Positions 1-8,521 of a stretch of DNA of 20,000 nt are shown one piece after another; position 1 is the first letter of the stretch, and each line of letters starts with the position of its first letter. The DNA is from an uncultured virus (IMG/VR IMGVR_UViG_2660238005_000005) (Duplodnaviria; Heunggongvirae; Uroviricota; Caudoviricetes). The stretch lies in the IMG/VR virus record IMGVR_UViG_2660238005_000005; one strand, written 5' to 3'. The notes under the pieces were generated by a model, which saw nothing but the letters and a program-made list of their open reading frames with translations, was not told the origin of the DNA and ran no database searches. The position numbers and the translations under genes were made by a program.

Positions 1-1
1 G

Positions 2-1102
2 TCGTCCAGAGTCGGACACGTAGACCAGAGCATTGGATGATGCATCCAGGAGAACCGCCTGCGGCTGGGCGAGCGCCTGCGGCAGTTGCCGCAGATCGGC
101 CAGCGTCAGTCCAGCGAGCGCGTCATCTACCTCTGGCTCGGCCGGCGCCGCCTTGATCAGCGGCACCAACTGCTCGTCGCGCATGCTGATCAGCGCGGTC
201 TGTGGCGTGACGCCCGCCCGCTGCATGCCCGCGACCGTCTCGGGGCTCAGCGTGCCCACGTTGCGAGCGCTGCCACGCACCACCGGCTCGGCCACGACCT
301 CATCCAGCCAGCTTGTCCAGGAGCGCTGCAGCGCCTCCTCGACACGCTGCTCGTCCAGCAGTTGCCTGTTCATGCGTGCCGCCGGTTCGGCCGGCAGCGG
401 CGCGGTCTTCTCCAGGGTCAGTTGCACCTGGTTCTCGAAGGCGGCTCGACCGGGTGCGTAGTTCCAGCCCGGATCGATGCCCTCCGGCACCTGGACCATC
501 TCGCCGTGGAAAACGATGTTGCGCATGCGGCCAGGCGGTGGTTCGTCTGGTCCCGACTTCCCCATCGCCTGCAGCTCATCCAGGCTGTAGGCCGTGACGT
601 AGCACTCGCAGCCGAATCCACTGGGCGGATAGTGCGTCTGCCACCAGGGGTTGTCGGCGTGGATCACCAGGCCGTCCCAGGCCAGGTGCAGCTCGCGCGG
701 GTGCTCGACAGCGTCACTGTGGTGATAGCCCCAGTACGGCCGCGTTGCCTTCACTGCCTGCAACTGGGCGTAGCGGCCGGCTGCGTAGCTGGTACGCAGG
801 TTGGTGCGGTAGATCACCTGCGCGCGCCAGGCGCGACCGCCGGCCGGCTCCCAGCCGTAGTTGTCCAGGACGGCGTAGTAGTCCTTCTGGAACTCCTCCA
901 GGGTTAAGCCATCGCGGATCGCCTGACGCACCACTGCGTAGAGATCTGCGACCAGGTCCGCACGATGGGCGCCTGCGCTCACAAACGACTGGTCATGGGC
1001 GGCACCGCGCACCGTGGCGTAGTTGACCGAGGGGTTCTTCGCCTCAAAGAAAGCGATCTGCTCGCGAAACGAGAGGCTGCCGTACGTCGCCGCGGTAGCC
1101 AT
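2..1102 (-). CDS. MuF / Mu gp30-like minor head morphogenesis protein, runs off the left edge of the window
   Basis: Not in the ORF track; translated by hand. ATG at 1102 overlaps the portal stop (TGATG). MATAATYGSLSFREQIAFFEAK...IYRTNLRTSYAAGRY...HPRELHLAWDGLVIHADNPWWQTHYPPSGFGCECYV...PEGIDPGWNYAPG are MuF motifs; frame stays open to the edge. Confidence 0.93.
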   Translation of the reverse strand, partial: MATAATYGSLSFREQIAFFEAKNPSVNYATVRGAAHDQSFVSAGAHRADLVADLYAVVRQAIRDGLTLEEFQKDYYAVLDNYGWEPAGGRAWRAQVIYRTNLRTSYAAGRYAQLQAVKATRPYWGYHHSDAVEHPRELHLAWDGLVIHADNPWWQTHYPPSGFGCECYVTAYSLDELQAMGKSGPDEPPPGRMRNIVFHGEMVQVPEGIDPGWNYAPGRAAFENQVQLTLEKTAPLPAEPAARMNRQLLDEQRVEEALQRSWTSWLDEVVAEPVVRGSARNVGTLSPETVAGMQRAGVTPQTALISMRDEQLVPLIKAAPAEPEVDDALAGLTLADLRQLPQALAQPQAVLLDASSNALVYVSDSGR

Positions 1103-2580
1103 CAGGCACTACCTCGCGCGGCCAGATCGTCCTGGACGTCAGTACGCCCAGCCAGGTTCGCTGCCTGCAGGCCGACCGCCATGGCGGCCGCGTATTGATC
1201 CAGGCTCAGCTCGGGAGCAAGTTGCAGCAGTTGCTCCTGCAACTCGTCGAGGCTGGTGGCATTGTCGACCAGAGCGCGGAGTTGCTCGCTCCAGTCCTTT
1301 ACCGCCGGCTGCATGGCCTTGGCCAACTGGTCCGTCATCGCCGCGGCCGGATCGCTTCCCCCGGCACGTTCGGCAAACTCGGCGGCAGGTGAGGGGCCAG
1401 TTGGCTGACCTTGCTCCTGTTTCTGATCCTGCTCCTGGACCTCAATTCCATAGGTCTCCTGGACGTAACCCAAGGTGGGCTTGAAGCCGGAGAACCGCAC
1501 TACCTTCTCGTCTCGACTGGCCTTGGCGTCCATGTCCTCGGGTTCTTCGACGACCCGGTAAACGCATGGCGGCTCAGCGCCGGGGAAGTTCCACTCGGTC
1601 AGCCAACGCGCGGGGCCCTGGTTGAAGCTCTCACAGATCAGGTCGGCGTCGGCTTTCACAAGGTCGAGGCGCACGTCGGCCTGCAGATCGTCGTTGCCCA
1701 GGCGGCCGGGAGTGCCCTGGCTCGACGCCACCTGGCCCAGCGTTACCTTGGCGATGGTCTCATCCATGGTGTCGTGCAGGATCTTGTAGTCGGCCGTGCC
1801 AGAGCGCGAGGCCTCCAGCAGTTCCACCAACATGTCCTCCGGCATGATGACACCGGTATCGGTCTGAATCGCCTGGGTGGCGGCCAGCAGCTTGGCCTTC
1901 TCCTCTGGCGTGGCGTTCTTCCCGAATTTGCCGACGGCCGTGGGCATACCGAACTTGTCCAGGAACGTGAGCCAGAACTTCAGTCCGTTGCGCTTGAAAT
2001 ACACCGGCCAGTACAGCCAATGGGCCAGTCCGAGGCCATAGGGCTCGTCGTCGTTGTCGGCGCCGGTCGAGAAGTGCCAAAAGTACGGCGAAGGGCACGG
2101 CTCACCCTCGAACATGTTGTTCGGCGTCAGCAAGCGCAGGCCACCCTGCAGGTCGTAACGGAAGCGGCGGCGGTTGCGCACCTTGACCGCCTGCAGGGTG
2201 ATGTAGCGGTCGTCGCGGCCGTAGATCAGTTCGGACACGGCGTGGCCGTAGTACACCCCATAGAGCATGCCGTTGGTGATCCGGTCCCAGCCAACGTTCT
2301 GCAGCTGCTGCTTCAGGTGCTCAGCTGCGGCCTTGTCGATCCGGCGGTCGCCGCCGGCATCGACCTGCCATTCCTTGCTGACGACGGCCAGCTGCCGCTG
2401 GCCCCAGGTCGCCTTGACCTGGGCGTCGCGCAGCACTTCCTCGTAGATGCGCAGGTCGTTGCCGCCCCGGCGCTGCAGGATGTAGTCGCTCGGTTGCTGC
2501 AGGCCGGAGAGGAATGGACGGGTAATATCGCGGCCGTCGCCCGTGGTGGCGATCTCCTGGCCGAGCTTGGGCGGGTGCAT
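1102..2580 (-). CDS. Portal protein (DUF935 / Mu gp29 family)
   Basis: 492 aa; PYGLGLAHWLYWPVYFKRNGLKFWLTFLDKFGMP motif; lies between terminase and MuF; TGATG coupling at both ends. Confidence 0.93.
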   Translation of the reverse strand: MHPPKLGQEIATTGDGRDITRPFLSGLQQPSDYILQRRGGNDLRIYEEVLRDAQVKATWGQRQLAVVSKEWQVDAGGDRRIDKAAAEHLKQQLQNVGWDRITNGMLYGVYYGHAVSELIYGRDDRYITLQAVKVRNRRRFRYDLQGGLRLLTPNNMFEGEPCPSPYFWHFSTGADNDDEPYGLGLAHWLYWPVYFKRNGLKFWLTFLDKFGMPTAVGKFGKNATPEEKAKLLAATQAIQTDTGVIMPEDMLVELLEASRSGTADYKILHDTMDETIAKVTLGQVASSQGTPGRLGNDDLQADVRLDLVKADADLICESFNQGPARWLTEWNFPGAEPPCVYRVVEEPEDMDAKASRDEKVVRFSGFKPTLGYVQETYGIEVQEQDQKQEQGQPTGPSPAAEFAERAGGSDPAAAMTDQLAKAMQPAVKDWSEQLRALVDNATSLDELQEQLLQLAPELSLDQYAAAMAVGLQAANLAGRTDVQDDLAARGSA

Positions 2581-4283
2581 CAGTAGCCTCCGAGGTCGGT
2601 GCGGCCGGCGACGGTGCCCCAGCCGCGGTTGGTGGTGTTACGGGTACCGGCAAGGTCTTGTTGTGCGGAGGCCCGGCGCCCAGCCGACTGGCACTCGATA
2701 GGCTGCTTGCGGCCAGCCATGTAGCTTGCTCGCACGGCCATGACCAGGCTCACGGCGCTGTCGCCATGACGCTTTGCCTTACCGCCCGCCGATTCCAGAT
2801 CAGCCTTGCGGCCTTTATCGATCACTGGAATGCCGTTCTCGACCTTGATCGAGAGAAGATCGTCCAGCGTGCTTTGGTGCCTGGACAGCTCGATGTTGAA
2901 GGCCTCGAACTCCCCTTTGAGCTTGGGCATCCACTCGGCGTACCAGGCAAGGTTGAGGCTGACCTGCTCGACCACCGCTGGGCCATACCGCAGCGCCGCC
3001 TGTTCCGCGAGGTATCCGCCGTTGCCGGTGGCATCGAAGGCCATGCCCACGACACGCGGCAGGCGATCGCAGATGAAGAACATGATGTCGCGCTGCGCTT
3101 CGTAGGTCAGGTTGCGCAGCTCGACCCGGAACGCCTCCCGCTTGCGTAGGGTCGGCGAGATCTGCAGCGGGGTGAACACGGTCAGGTCGCCACGGCGCGC
3201 GAAGTCTTCGCCGAAGCTGTGGGTGTTCTCCGGGTCCAGCCTGGCCAGCTCTGGCAGAAGGTTTTCTTCGCACCAGGTGCGGATCTCGTCTTCCCGCATC
3301 TGTGGTGTCCAGCCTTCGAAACCTTCCGGCGCCTCGTACCGGTAGATACGGATCGAATGGTCCTGGACCATCGCCTGCTCGATGAGCACGCGAGAGAGGT
3401 AGGCGCCGCCGGACTTCTTCGGGATGCAGCCGTATTCCTCGTCGGCGGACTCGGTATTGGGGGCGTTCTTGTACAACCCATCGCGCCACGCCTTCTCGGC
3501 CTCGGGCGACCACTCCTGGCCGGTGACGAAGCAGATTCGCTTGTACAGTCCTTCGACGATCGCATCATCCAGGGTGATGCGGTGAACGCTGTAATCCTTG
3601 CGGCCCTCGCGGGCATCCTGGATGTACTGGTTGAACGGGTTGTCGACGCCGTTGTGGGTGCTGATCAGGCGGACCTTGTTACCCCACATCGTCAGCGCCA
3701 GGGCGGCCTTCAGCAGCTCCTCCAGGGACTCATGGAACGCCGCCTCGTCGATCACCACATCGCCCTGCAGGCCGCGCAGGTTGCTCGGCCGGCTACTCAA
3801 GGCCTGGATCTTCCGCCCCGACTTCGGGAAGCGGATCATGTAGGTCAGGATCTCTTCCTTCTTCCCTTCGTCCCAGAAGGTCTGCTCGTAGACGTCAGCC
3901 TCGGCCAGCTCGTTGAAGGCGCGGGCGAACAACGCGCAGGCGGCGATGTACTCCAGCGCCATCTCCTGCTTGCTGCCGACGTAGAAGGTGTTGCAGCCAC
4001 CTCGGCGCCGCGGCTTGGCGGCATTGATCACGTTGCGCCCGGCTTCGGCCCAGGTCAGGCCGGTGCGGCGAGACTTCTCCGCGATCATGATCGGACTCTC
4101 GTCCTCGAACCAGCGCTGCTGGTAGCCCAGGAAGACGGCGTCGTTGGATGGAATCGCCTCGGAGATCTCCTGCGGCACATCGACGCCATGCAACGCCATC
4201 TCCTCGGCCAGGTCGATCTTGCGCGGCGCGCTGGTGGCCTTGAGCTTGGAGCCCAGGTTATCGGACGTTGCGTGCATGGCCAT
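2580..4283 (-). CDS. Terminase large subunit (Mu gp28-like)
   Basis: 567 aa; YQQRW, EKSRRTGLTW (Walker A-like), VVIDEAAF (Walker B), ISTHNG coupling motif, nuclease motifs GEDFARRGD, DATGNG and HGD. Confidence 0.95.
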   Translation of the reverse strand: MAMHATSDNLGSKLKATSAPRKIDLAEEMALHGVDVPQEISEAIPSNDAVFLGYQQRWFEDESPIMIAEKSRRTGLTWAEAGRNVINAAKPRRRGGCNTFYVGSKQEMALEYIAACALFARAFNELAEADVYEQTFWDEGKKEEILTYMIRFPKSGRKIQALSSRPSNLRGLQGDVVIDEAAFHESLEELLKAALALTMWGNKVRLISTHNGVDNPFNQYIQDAREGRKDYSVHRITLDDAIVEGLYKRICFVTGQEWSPEAEKAWRDGLYKNAPNTESADEEYGCIPKKSGGAYLSRVLIEQAMVQDHSIRIYRYEAPEGFEGWTPQMREDEIRTWCEENLLPELARLDPENTHSFGEDFARRGDLTVFTPLQISPTLRKREAFRVELRNLTYEAQRDIMFFICDRLPRVVGMAFDATGNGGYLAEQAALRYGPAVVEQVSLNLAWYAEWMPKLKGEFEAFNIELSRHQSTLDDLLSIKVENGIPVIDKGRKADLESAGGKAKRHGDSAVSLVMAVRASYMAGRKQPIECQSAGRRASAQQDLAGTRNTTNRGWGTVAGRTDLGGY

Positions 4284-4284
4284 G

Positions 4285-4860
4285 TCAGGCTTTCCCCAGC
4301 AGGATGTCCCGGATACGTTGTTCGAGCTGCTCGCTCATGCCGTCGCTGCCACGCATCTCTTCCAGGCGCTGCTCCTGTTCCTGGAGCTGTTTCTCGCGGC
4401 CCCGCTGCTCAGCCTCTGCCTGGAACTTCTTCAGCGTGACGCTGGAGCGCGTCAGCGTCGCGATGTTCTTTGCCGCTGACGCCAGCAGTCCGACACGATC
4501 AGCCGGGTCCATCTCTTCATCACCAGCCTCCTGCAAAGAGATGATCGACTCGAACAGCTCGGACTGGATCATCGCCGTCAGCGCCTCGCTGCGTGCGTCC
4601 AGGTCGTCGCCGGCCTGGGCACGGATCAGCTTGGCCGCCTCGGTGCTGGCACGAATTGCCGCCAGCCGCCGCTCCAGCTTCTGGCCGTAGCGATGCACGG
4701 CTGCCCGGCTGGGCAGCTCGCCGGCCTCGGCCTGGCTCGGGAACTGCGCCTGCAGGTCCGCGATCAGCTCGTCCAGGGTCATCCGGCCATCGGCCAGGCG
4801 CCCCTCGATGTAGGCCCGGACTTGGTCCGGTAGCCGGGAGATCGATGATTTCCGCCCCAT
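4285..4860 (-). CDS. DUF3486 / Mu gp27-like protein (putative small terminase)
   Basis: MGRKSSISRLP...PSRAAVHRYG signature; directly upstream of the large terminase. Confidence 0.88.
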   Translation of the reverse strand: MGRKSSISRLPDQVRAYIEGRLADGRMTLDELIADLQAQFPSQAEAGELPSRAAVHRYGQKLERRLAAIRASTEAAKLIRAQAGDDLDARSEALTAMIQSELFESIISLQEAGDEEMDPADRVGLLASAAKNIATLTRSSVTLKKFQAEAEQRGREKQLQEQEQRLEEMRGSDGMSEQLEQRIRDILLGKA

Positions 4861-4866
4861 TGTTCG

Positions 4867-5175
4867 TCACCAGTACTTCTTGGGGCGGGCGATGCCGGGT
4901 TCGCAGTCGATGGTGTACTCGGCGACGTCGGTGCCGTACCGGGTCAAATCGGCGAACCACTTGCCAGACGGTTCCTTGACCAGGGTCACCAGGTCACGGT
5001 CGGCCAAGTAGTCCAGCTCGCGACGGATCTCCAGCGGTGTGGCGTCGGGGTACTCGCTCTGTGCGACCGAGAGGACCGGCCCCTCGTAGGCGCCCACCGG
5101 CCGAGCATTGTTCAGGGTCAGCAGAATCAGCCAGCGCAGGGCTTCGCGCCGGGTCTTGGCCAGGTCAATTTGCAT
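4867..5175 (-). CDS. Mu gp26-like winged-helix protein
   Basis: 102 aa; RWLILLTL...IRRELDYLADRDLV...ADLTRYGTDVAE...PGIARP; syntenic with Mu gp26. Confidence 0.75.
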   Translation of the reverse strand: MQIDLAKTRREALRWLILLTLNNARPVGAYEGPVLSVAQSEYPDATPLEIRRELDYLADRDLVTLVKEPSGKWFADLTRYGTDVAEYTIDCEPGIARPKKYW

Positions 5176-5554
5176 TTTTTGCTCCCATCAGACTGCGCAG
5201 CTGCGCGTTTTCCAGCTTCACGGCCAAACCGTCGAGCTTCGCCTCGATCACACTCTGGCCGCGGATATAGTCCTCGCGGCGGACGTACTGGATCGGCAGC
5301 TCCGCCTTCAGGCTCATCAGTTCTCGTTCAACGCGCTGCCACTGGTTGGTTTCTTCCCGCGCGGCCTGCTCGATGGCGTCCAGCCGGTAGGAGAGCTGTT
5401 CATGGTTCGCCAGGCGTGCCTGGTCTTGGCTTGCGAATCGCGAATCCAGGCTTTTCTGGATCTGGTTGAGCAGCAGCTTGCCGCCGCCCGCGCAGGCACC
5501 GAGGAAGGTCAGCAGCAGAGTGATCAACTGCCACAGTTCCAGCTCGACCTTCAT
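5165..5554 (-). CDS. N-terminal TM / coiled-coil protein in the Mu gp25 position
   Basis: 129 aa; hydrophobic N-terminus, heptad-rich body, LPIQYVRREDY motif; start overlaps the o-spanin stop (ATGA). Confidence 0.72.
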   Translation of the reverse strand: MKVELELWQLITLLLTFLGACAGGGKLLLNQIQKSLDSRFASQDQARLANHEQLSYRLDAIEQAAREETNQWQRVERELMSLKAELPIQYVRREDYIRGQSVIEAKLDGLAVKLENAQLRSLMGAKNAN

Positions 5555-5859
5555 TCCCTATTCCCCTTGTTCCAGTAGTGCGTTGAGCTGAGCGAGATTG
5601 CGAAGAGACCAGGCCCCGTAGTCCTGGGCAAAGGCCAGGATGTCCGCCGGAGTGACGCCGCTTTCCAGTAGCTCGGCGTCAGAACCGGCGGCGGGCCAGG
5701 TCGCTGTTTGAGCGCCGGCGGAATCGGCGCGCGCTCCTGCGGCGGGCAAACCGGCGCCGAGGGCGGTGTTGAAGTCGCGCACCCAGCCGCGAGTGAAGAC
5801 ACAGCGAGGGATAGCAATAGGCGCAGCACCAGGTGCCGCTCGGTAGGCGGTCGATACAT
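5551..5859 (-). CDS. Putative o-spanin (Rz1-like lipoprotein) overlapping the i-spanin in another frame
   Basis: Hydrophobic signal LLLSLAVSS, lipobox LAAG-C, Pro-rich mature part; start is ATG 5859 or GTG 5829. Confidence 0.7.
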   Translation of the reverse strand: MYRPPTERHLVLRLLLSLAVSSLAAGCATSTPPSAPVCPPQERAPIPPALKQRPGPPPVLTPSYWKAASLRRTSWPLPRTTGPGLFAISLSSTHYWNKGNRE

Positions 5860-6169
5860 GGGCGATTCGCTCCTGGAGTTGGTGTCGGGTGTCGGTCAGT
5901 TGCTGCTGTACCTGCAGCAGGTGCTCCTCGGCCTGGTTGGCGCGCGCGACCTGCTGCTTGTACTGGACCAGGGCGTCCTGAAGGGCCTGGGCGCGTTCGT
6001 TGGTGTGCTGCAGCTGCAGGTTGAGCAGCGCAGCGTCACCCTCGGCGCGGCCGGTGGCGTACCCACGGTCGTAGCTTGCGGAGCCGTGGATTACTACGGC
6101 TGCGCCGCACAGCACTGCGCTCAGCACGAGCCAGAACGTACTGGTGCGTAGGAGGCTAAGGACGGCCAT
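5558..6169 (-). CDS. Putative i-spanin (Rz-like)
   Basis: Start moved to ATG 6169 (RBS GGAGA); N-terminal TM FWLVLSAVLCGAAVVI followed by an Ala/Gln coiled coil; lies downstream of the endolysin and carries the nested lipoprotein. Confidence 0.8.
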   Translation of the reverse strand: MAVLSLLRTSTFWLVLSAVLCGAAVVIHGSASYDRGYATGRAEGDAALLNLQLQHTNERAQALQDALVQYKQQVARANQAEEHLLQVQQQLTDTRHQLQERIAHVSTAYRAAPGAAPIAIPRCVFTRGWVRDFNTALGAGLPAAGARADSAGAQTATWPAAGSDAELLESGVTPADILAFAQDYGAWSLRNLAQLNALLEQGE

Positions 6170-6368
6170 GATTTCTCCGCTTGTACTTGCGAGCCTTACG
6201 TTTCGCCCGAGCCACACCGGACTTACCATGCCGCTCGCGCGGCACTGGCGAGCAATACAGCTCAGGTGCCGGTAGGAAGTCGCGACTGCCTGCGAACAGT
6301 CGCTGGATCACCGCCAGGTCGAGGTAGGTAACGTTCAGAGCCAAGGTGATGCTGGAGGACAGTCTCAC
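6156..6368 (-). CDS. Small basic protein of the lysis cassette (70 aa)
   Basis: GTG 6368 overlaps the endolysin stop (GTGA) with GGAGAGG upstream; C-terminus HGKSGVARAKRKARKYKRR. Confidence 0.65.
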   Translation of the reverse strand: MRLSSSITLALNVTYLDLAVIQRLFAGSRDFLPAPELYCSPVPRERHGKSGVARAKRKARKYKRRNHGRP

Positions 6369-6994
6369 AGGGTGTACCTCTCCCCGCACACGCCGTCGCC
6401 CCACTGCAGGTAGATCCGCTCATAGCGAAGCAGGATGAGGCGCGGGTAGTTGCGGTTCTCGCGAAAGTTGGCGGCAGAGCGCCCGGCGTTGAAGCGCTCG
6501 ACGGAATCGAACCAGGCCAGCTGGTCGGCGCCGGATGCCGAGGCCAGCCTACGGTCGCGAATTACCCACCCCTGACCGCCGTTGTAAGCGGACAGTACGA
6601 ATGCCCAGCGATCACACTCGCTGGAGGCCTGGTTTCGGTCGTAGAGCCAACGGTCGTAGGTAACCAGCGCTCGCAGTGCCCAGCCAGGATTGAACGGCTG
6701 ATTGGTGCCGAGGGCGGCCGGATACAGGCCGGCGATCCACTCCGCGGTTCCGGGCATGAACTGCGCCAGACCCTGGGCACCAACAGGCGAGCGGGCATCA
6801 GCACGCCAACGGCTTTCCTGGTGAACCTGTGCGGCAAAGGTGGCGATCGGCGCCGACAGGCCCCATTCGGCATGGGCGCTGCGCACCAGGGTGCGCCGGT
6901 ATTGCTCGGCGGCAGTGGGGATGCGATCCGTCGCGAAGGCCGGCTGGCAGACGCTCAGCAGGCCGATCAGGCCGAGGGTGAGCAGGCGCTTCAT
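6365..6994 (-). CDS. Endolysin, soluble lytic transglycosylase (SLT) family, with N-terminal export signal
   Basis: Start moved to ATG 6994 (ATGA overlap); QVHQES catalytic Glu, GAQGLAQFMPGTA, AYNGG and ENRNY motifs; N-terminus MKRLLTLGLIGLLSVCQPAFA. Confidence 0.93.
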   Translation of the reverse strand: MKRLLTLGLIGLLSVCQPAFATDRIPTAAEQYRRTLVRSAHAEWGLSAPIATFAAQVHQESRWRADARSPVGAQGLAQFMPGTAEWIAGLYPAALGTNQPFNPGWALRALVTYDRWLYDRNQASSECDRWAFVLSAYNGGQGWVIRDRRLASASGADQLAWFDSVERFNAGRSAANFRENRNYPRLILLRYERIYLQWGDGVCGERYTL

Positions 6995-7149
6995 CCGAAG
7001 AAGCCTCCCCACCACACCAGGGCCGTCATCGCGATCACGTCGAACACGCGCTGCTTGAAGCTGATCACGTTGGTGAGGCCATCGCACGCATAGGACGTAA
7101 CCAGGACCACAGCGGCCAGCACGATCCAGATGATTTGCGGGGCGCCCAT
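6991..7149 (-). CDS. Small two-TM membrane protein (52 aa), possible antiholin or holin partner
   Basis: MGAPQIIWIVLAAVVLVTSY...VIAMTALVWWGGFFG; fills the gap between holin and endolysin. Confidence 0.7.
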   Translation of the reverse strand: MGAPQIIWIVLAAVVLVTSYACDGLTNVISFKQRVFDVIAMTALVWWGGFFG

Positions 7150-7151
7150 GG

Positions 7152-7448
7152 TCAGAGCCCCAGCGTCAGGCCGAGGATGCAGGCCAGCACGATCAGCCCG
7201 CGGCGCAGCCAGGCACCCACGACCACCAGGTTGGCCGAGCATTCGTGCGGGCGGGCCACGTACGGAAACAGGCTGCGGTCGATCCAGTAGCCGGCCACTG
7301 CGCCCAGCGTCACCAGGACCAGCTTATAGGCGACGACCTGGAGCTGCTCCGGGCGAATGGCGGCGAGGATGATCAGCAGGACGAGGGTGACCAGCGTCCA
7401 GCTGGTCATACGCGGCGCGCGGCGGCGCCGGGGTTGCGGCGATGACAT
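7152..7448 (-). CDS. Holin (2/3-TM putative holin family)
   Basis: Start ATG 7448 with GGGAG RBS; three hydrophobic segments; GYWIDRSLFPY and RRGLIV motifs; first gene of the late operon. Confidence 0.85.
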   Translation of the reverse strand: MSSPQPRRRRAPRMTSWTLVTLVLLIILAAIRPEQLQVVAYKLVLVTLGAVAGYWIDRSLFPYVARPHECSANLVVVGAWLRRGLIVLACILGLTLGL

Positions 7449-7519
7449 GACGATGCTCCCGATGGGGTGGCCATCCCTGGCCAACTGATGGGCATCCTGC
7501 TCCTGCAGGACGCCCGGAC

Positions 7520-7591
7520 ATCATCGTCACGCGCGCGCGAAGGCTCTTTTTGGGTACCGAACAATCAATCGATAGGGCGACGGATCAGCAT
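7520..7591. promoter_or_regulatory. Candidate bidirectional Mor/C-activated promoter
   Basis: Imperfect dyad TTTTTGGGTACCGAACAA (7547-7564, centre 7555.5); -10-like GATGAT (minus, 7525-7520) and CAGCAT (plus, 7586-7591) each start 30.5 bp from the centre; no good -35 on either side. Confidence 0.55.
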
Positions 7592-7621
7592 TGGATCTCC
7601 ATCACCGAGGAGACCACCACC

Positions 7622-8521
7622 ATGTCCAGGCATGAAGACCTGTTGCTGCAACTCATCCAGCGTGAGCCCGACAAGATCAGGAGCATCCTGGGGCTGCCCG
7701 CTCCAAAGCCAGACCTGTCCTGGTACGAAGGAGCAGACGTCTGGATCGAAGCTGGACACCGTAGCGACAGGGGCGCGGAACTACGCATAGCCTTCGGGGG
7801 GCCACTCCCGCATGGCTATGCCGATTTCTGGATACCGTTCAGCGGACCGGATGGCAACGCGCTGGGCTGGCTGCGCTTCAGCTACATCACCACGGTACGG
7901 GAGAAGTCTCTGTTCACCGCCTCTGAATGGCGCTCCGCAGGCGAACCTGCCCCGGCCGAAGAGAGCCGGCTGGATCTGCCGATGGACCCGCTGCCGGGAG
8001 GTTTCGCACCCGTGTCCAACAAGGGCGCGAGTGACGGTGCCGATCAGCACTCTGTAGCGCACAGAGCGAGCAAAGGGATCGATGAGCACCTCTTGGTGGC
8101 AATGGCAGATCCCAACGTGATAGCAGCAATCATGCAAGCAGCACGGGCCAAGCGGTTTGCAAAGCTCGCCCCCTTAACCACTCAGGAGTGGGCGGCTGAA
8201 ACAGAGCGAATGAAGGCTCAGCTTTCGCCTCCTGCGCAGGCGCTGGAGGCCGAAGAGCCGGCCAAACCGGGGCCCCTGCATCACATCGGGTTTTCAGGGC
8301 CTCAGCGTGTCCTGCTGGACCAGTTGGCGCAGTACTGGCTCAGGATCGCCGCAGTGTCGAAGCGCGAGGCTGAGGCGAACCCCAACCCGGACCGGAAGCG
8401 CGGGCTGGAGATGAGGTACATGGCGCACTACAACTGCGCGGCAGAATTACAGAATCTGCTCCAGACCGGGGAGCTTCCGGGCCATCTCGGTTTTCAGGTA
8501 CTCGCGCAAAAGCCCGAATGA
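7622..8521 (+). CDS. Hypothetical protein (299 aa), divergent from the late operon
   Basis: Strong RBS GAGGAG before ATG 7622; long open frame; no family recognised; last 75 nt overlap the DUF2513 gene antisense. Confidence 0.75.
   Translation: MSRHEDLLLQLIQREPDKIRSILGLPAPKPDLSWYEGADVWIEAGHRSDRGAELRIAFGGPLPHGYADFWIPFSGPDGNALGWLRFSYITTVREKSLFTASEWRSAGEPAPAEESRLDLPMDPLPGGFAPVSNKGASDGADQHSVAHRASKGIDEHLLVAMADPNVIAAIMQAARAKRFAKLAPLTTQEWAAETERMKAQLSPPAQALEAEEPAKPGPLHHIGFSGPQRVLLDQLAQYWLRIAAVSKREAEANPNPDRKRGLEMRYMAHYNCAAELQNLLQTGELPGHLGFQVLAQKPE

Noticed and set aside
33..6151. Long plus-strand ORFs over the late operon (e.g. 86-907, 1411-2586, 3219-4439)
   Set aside because: Antisense shadows of GC-rich phage genes; no motifs and no convincing RBS.
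7448..7529. TGACGATG / CATCGTCA inverted repeat that could sequester the holin start
   Set aside because: The distal arm overlaps the predicted -10 and would lie upstream of the transcription start.
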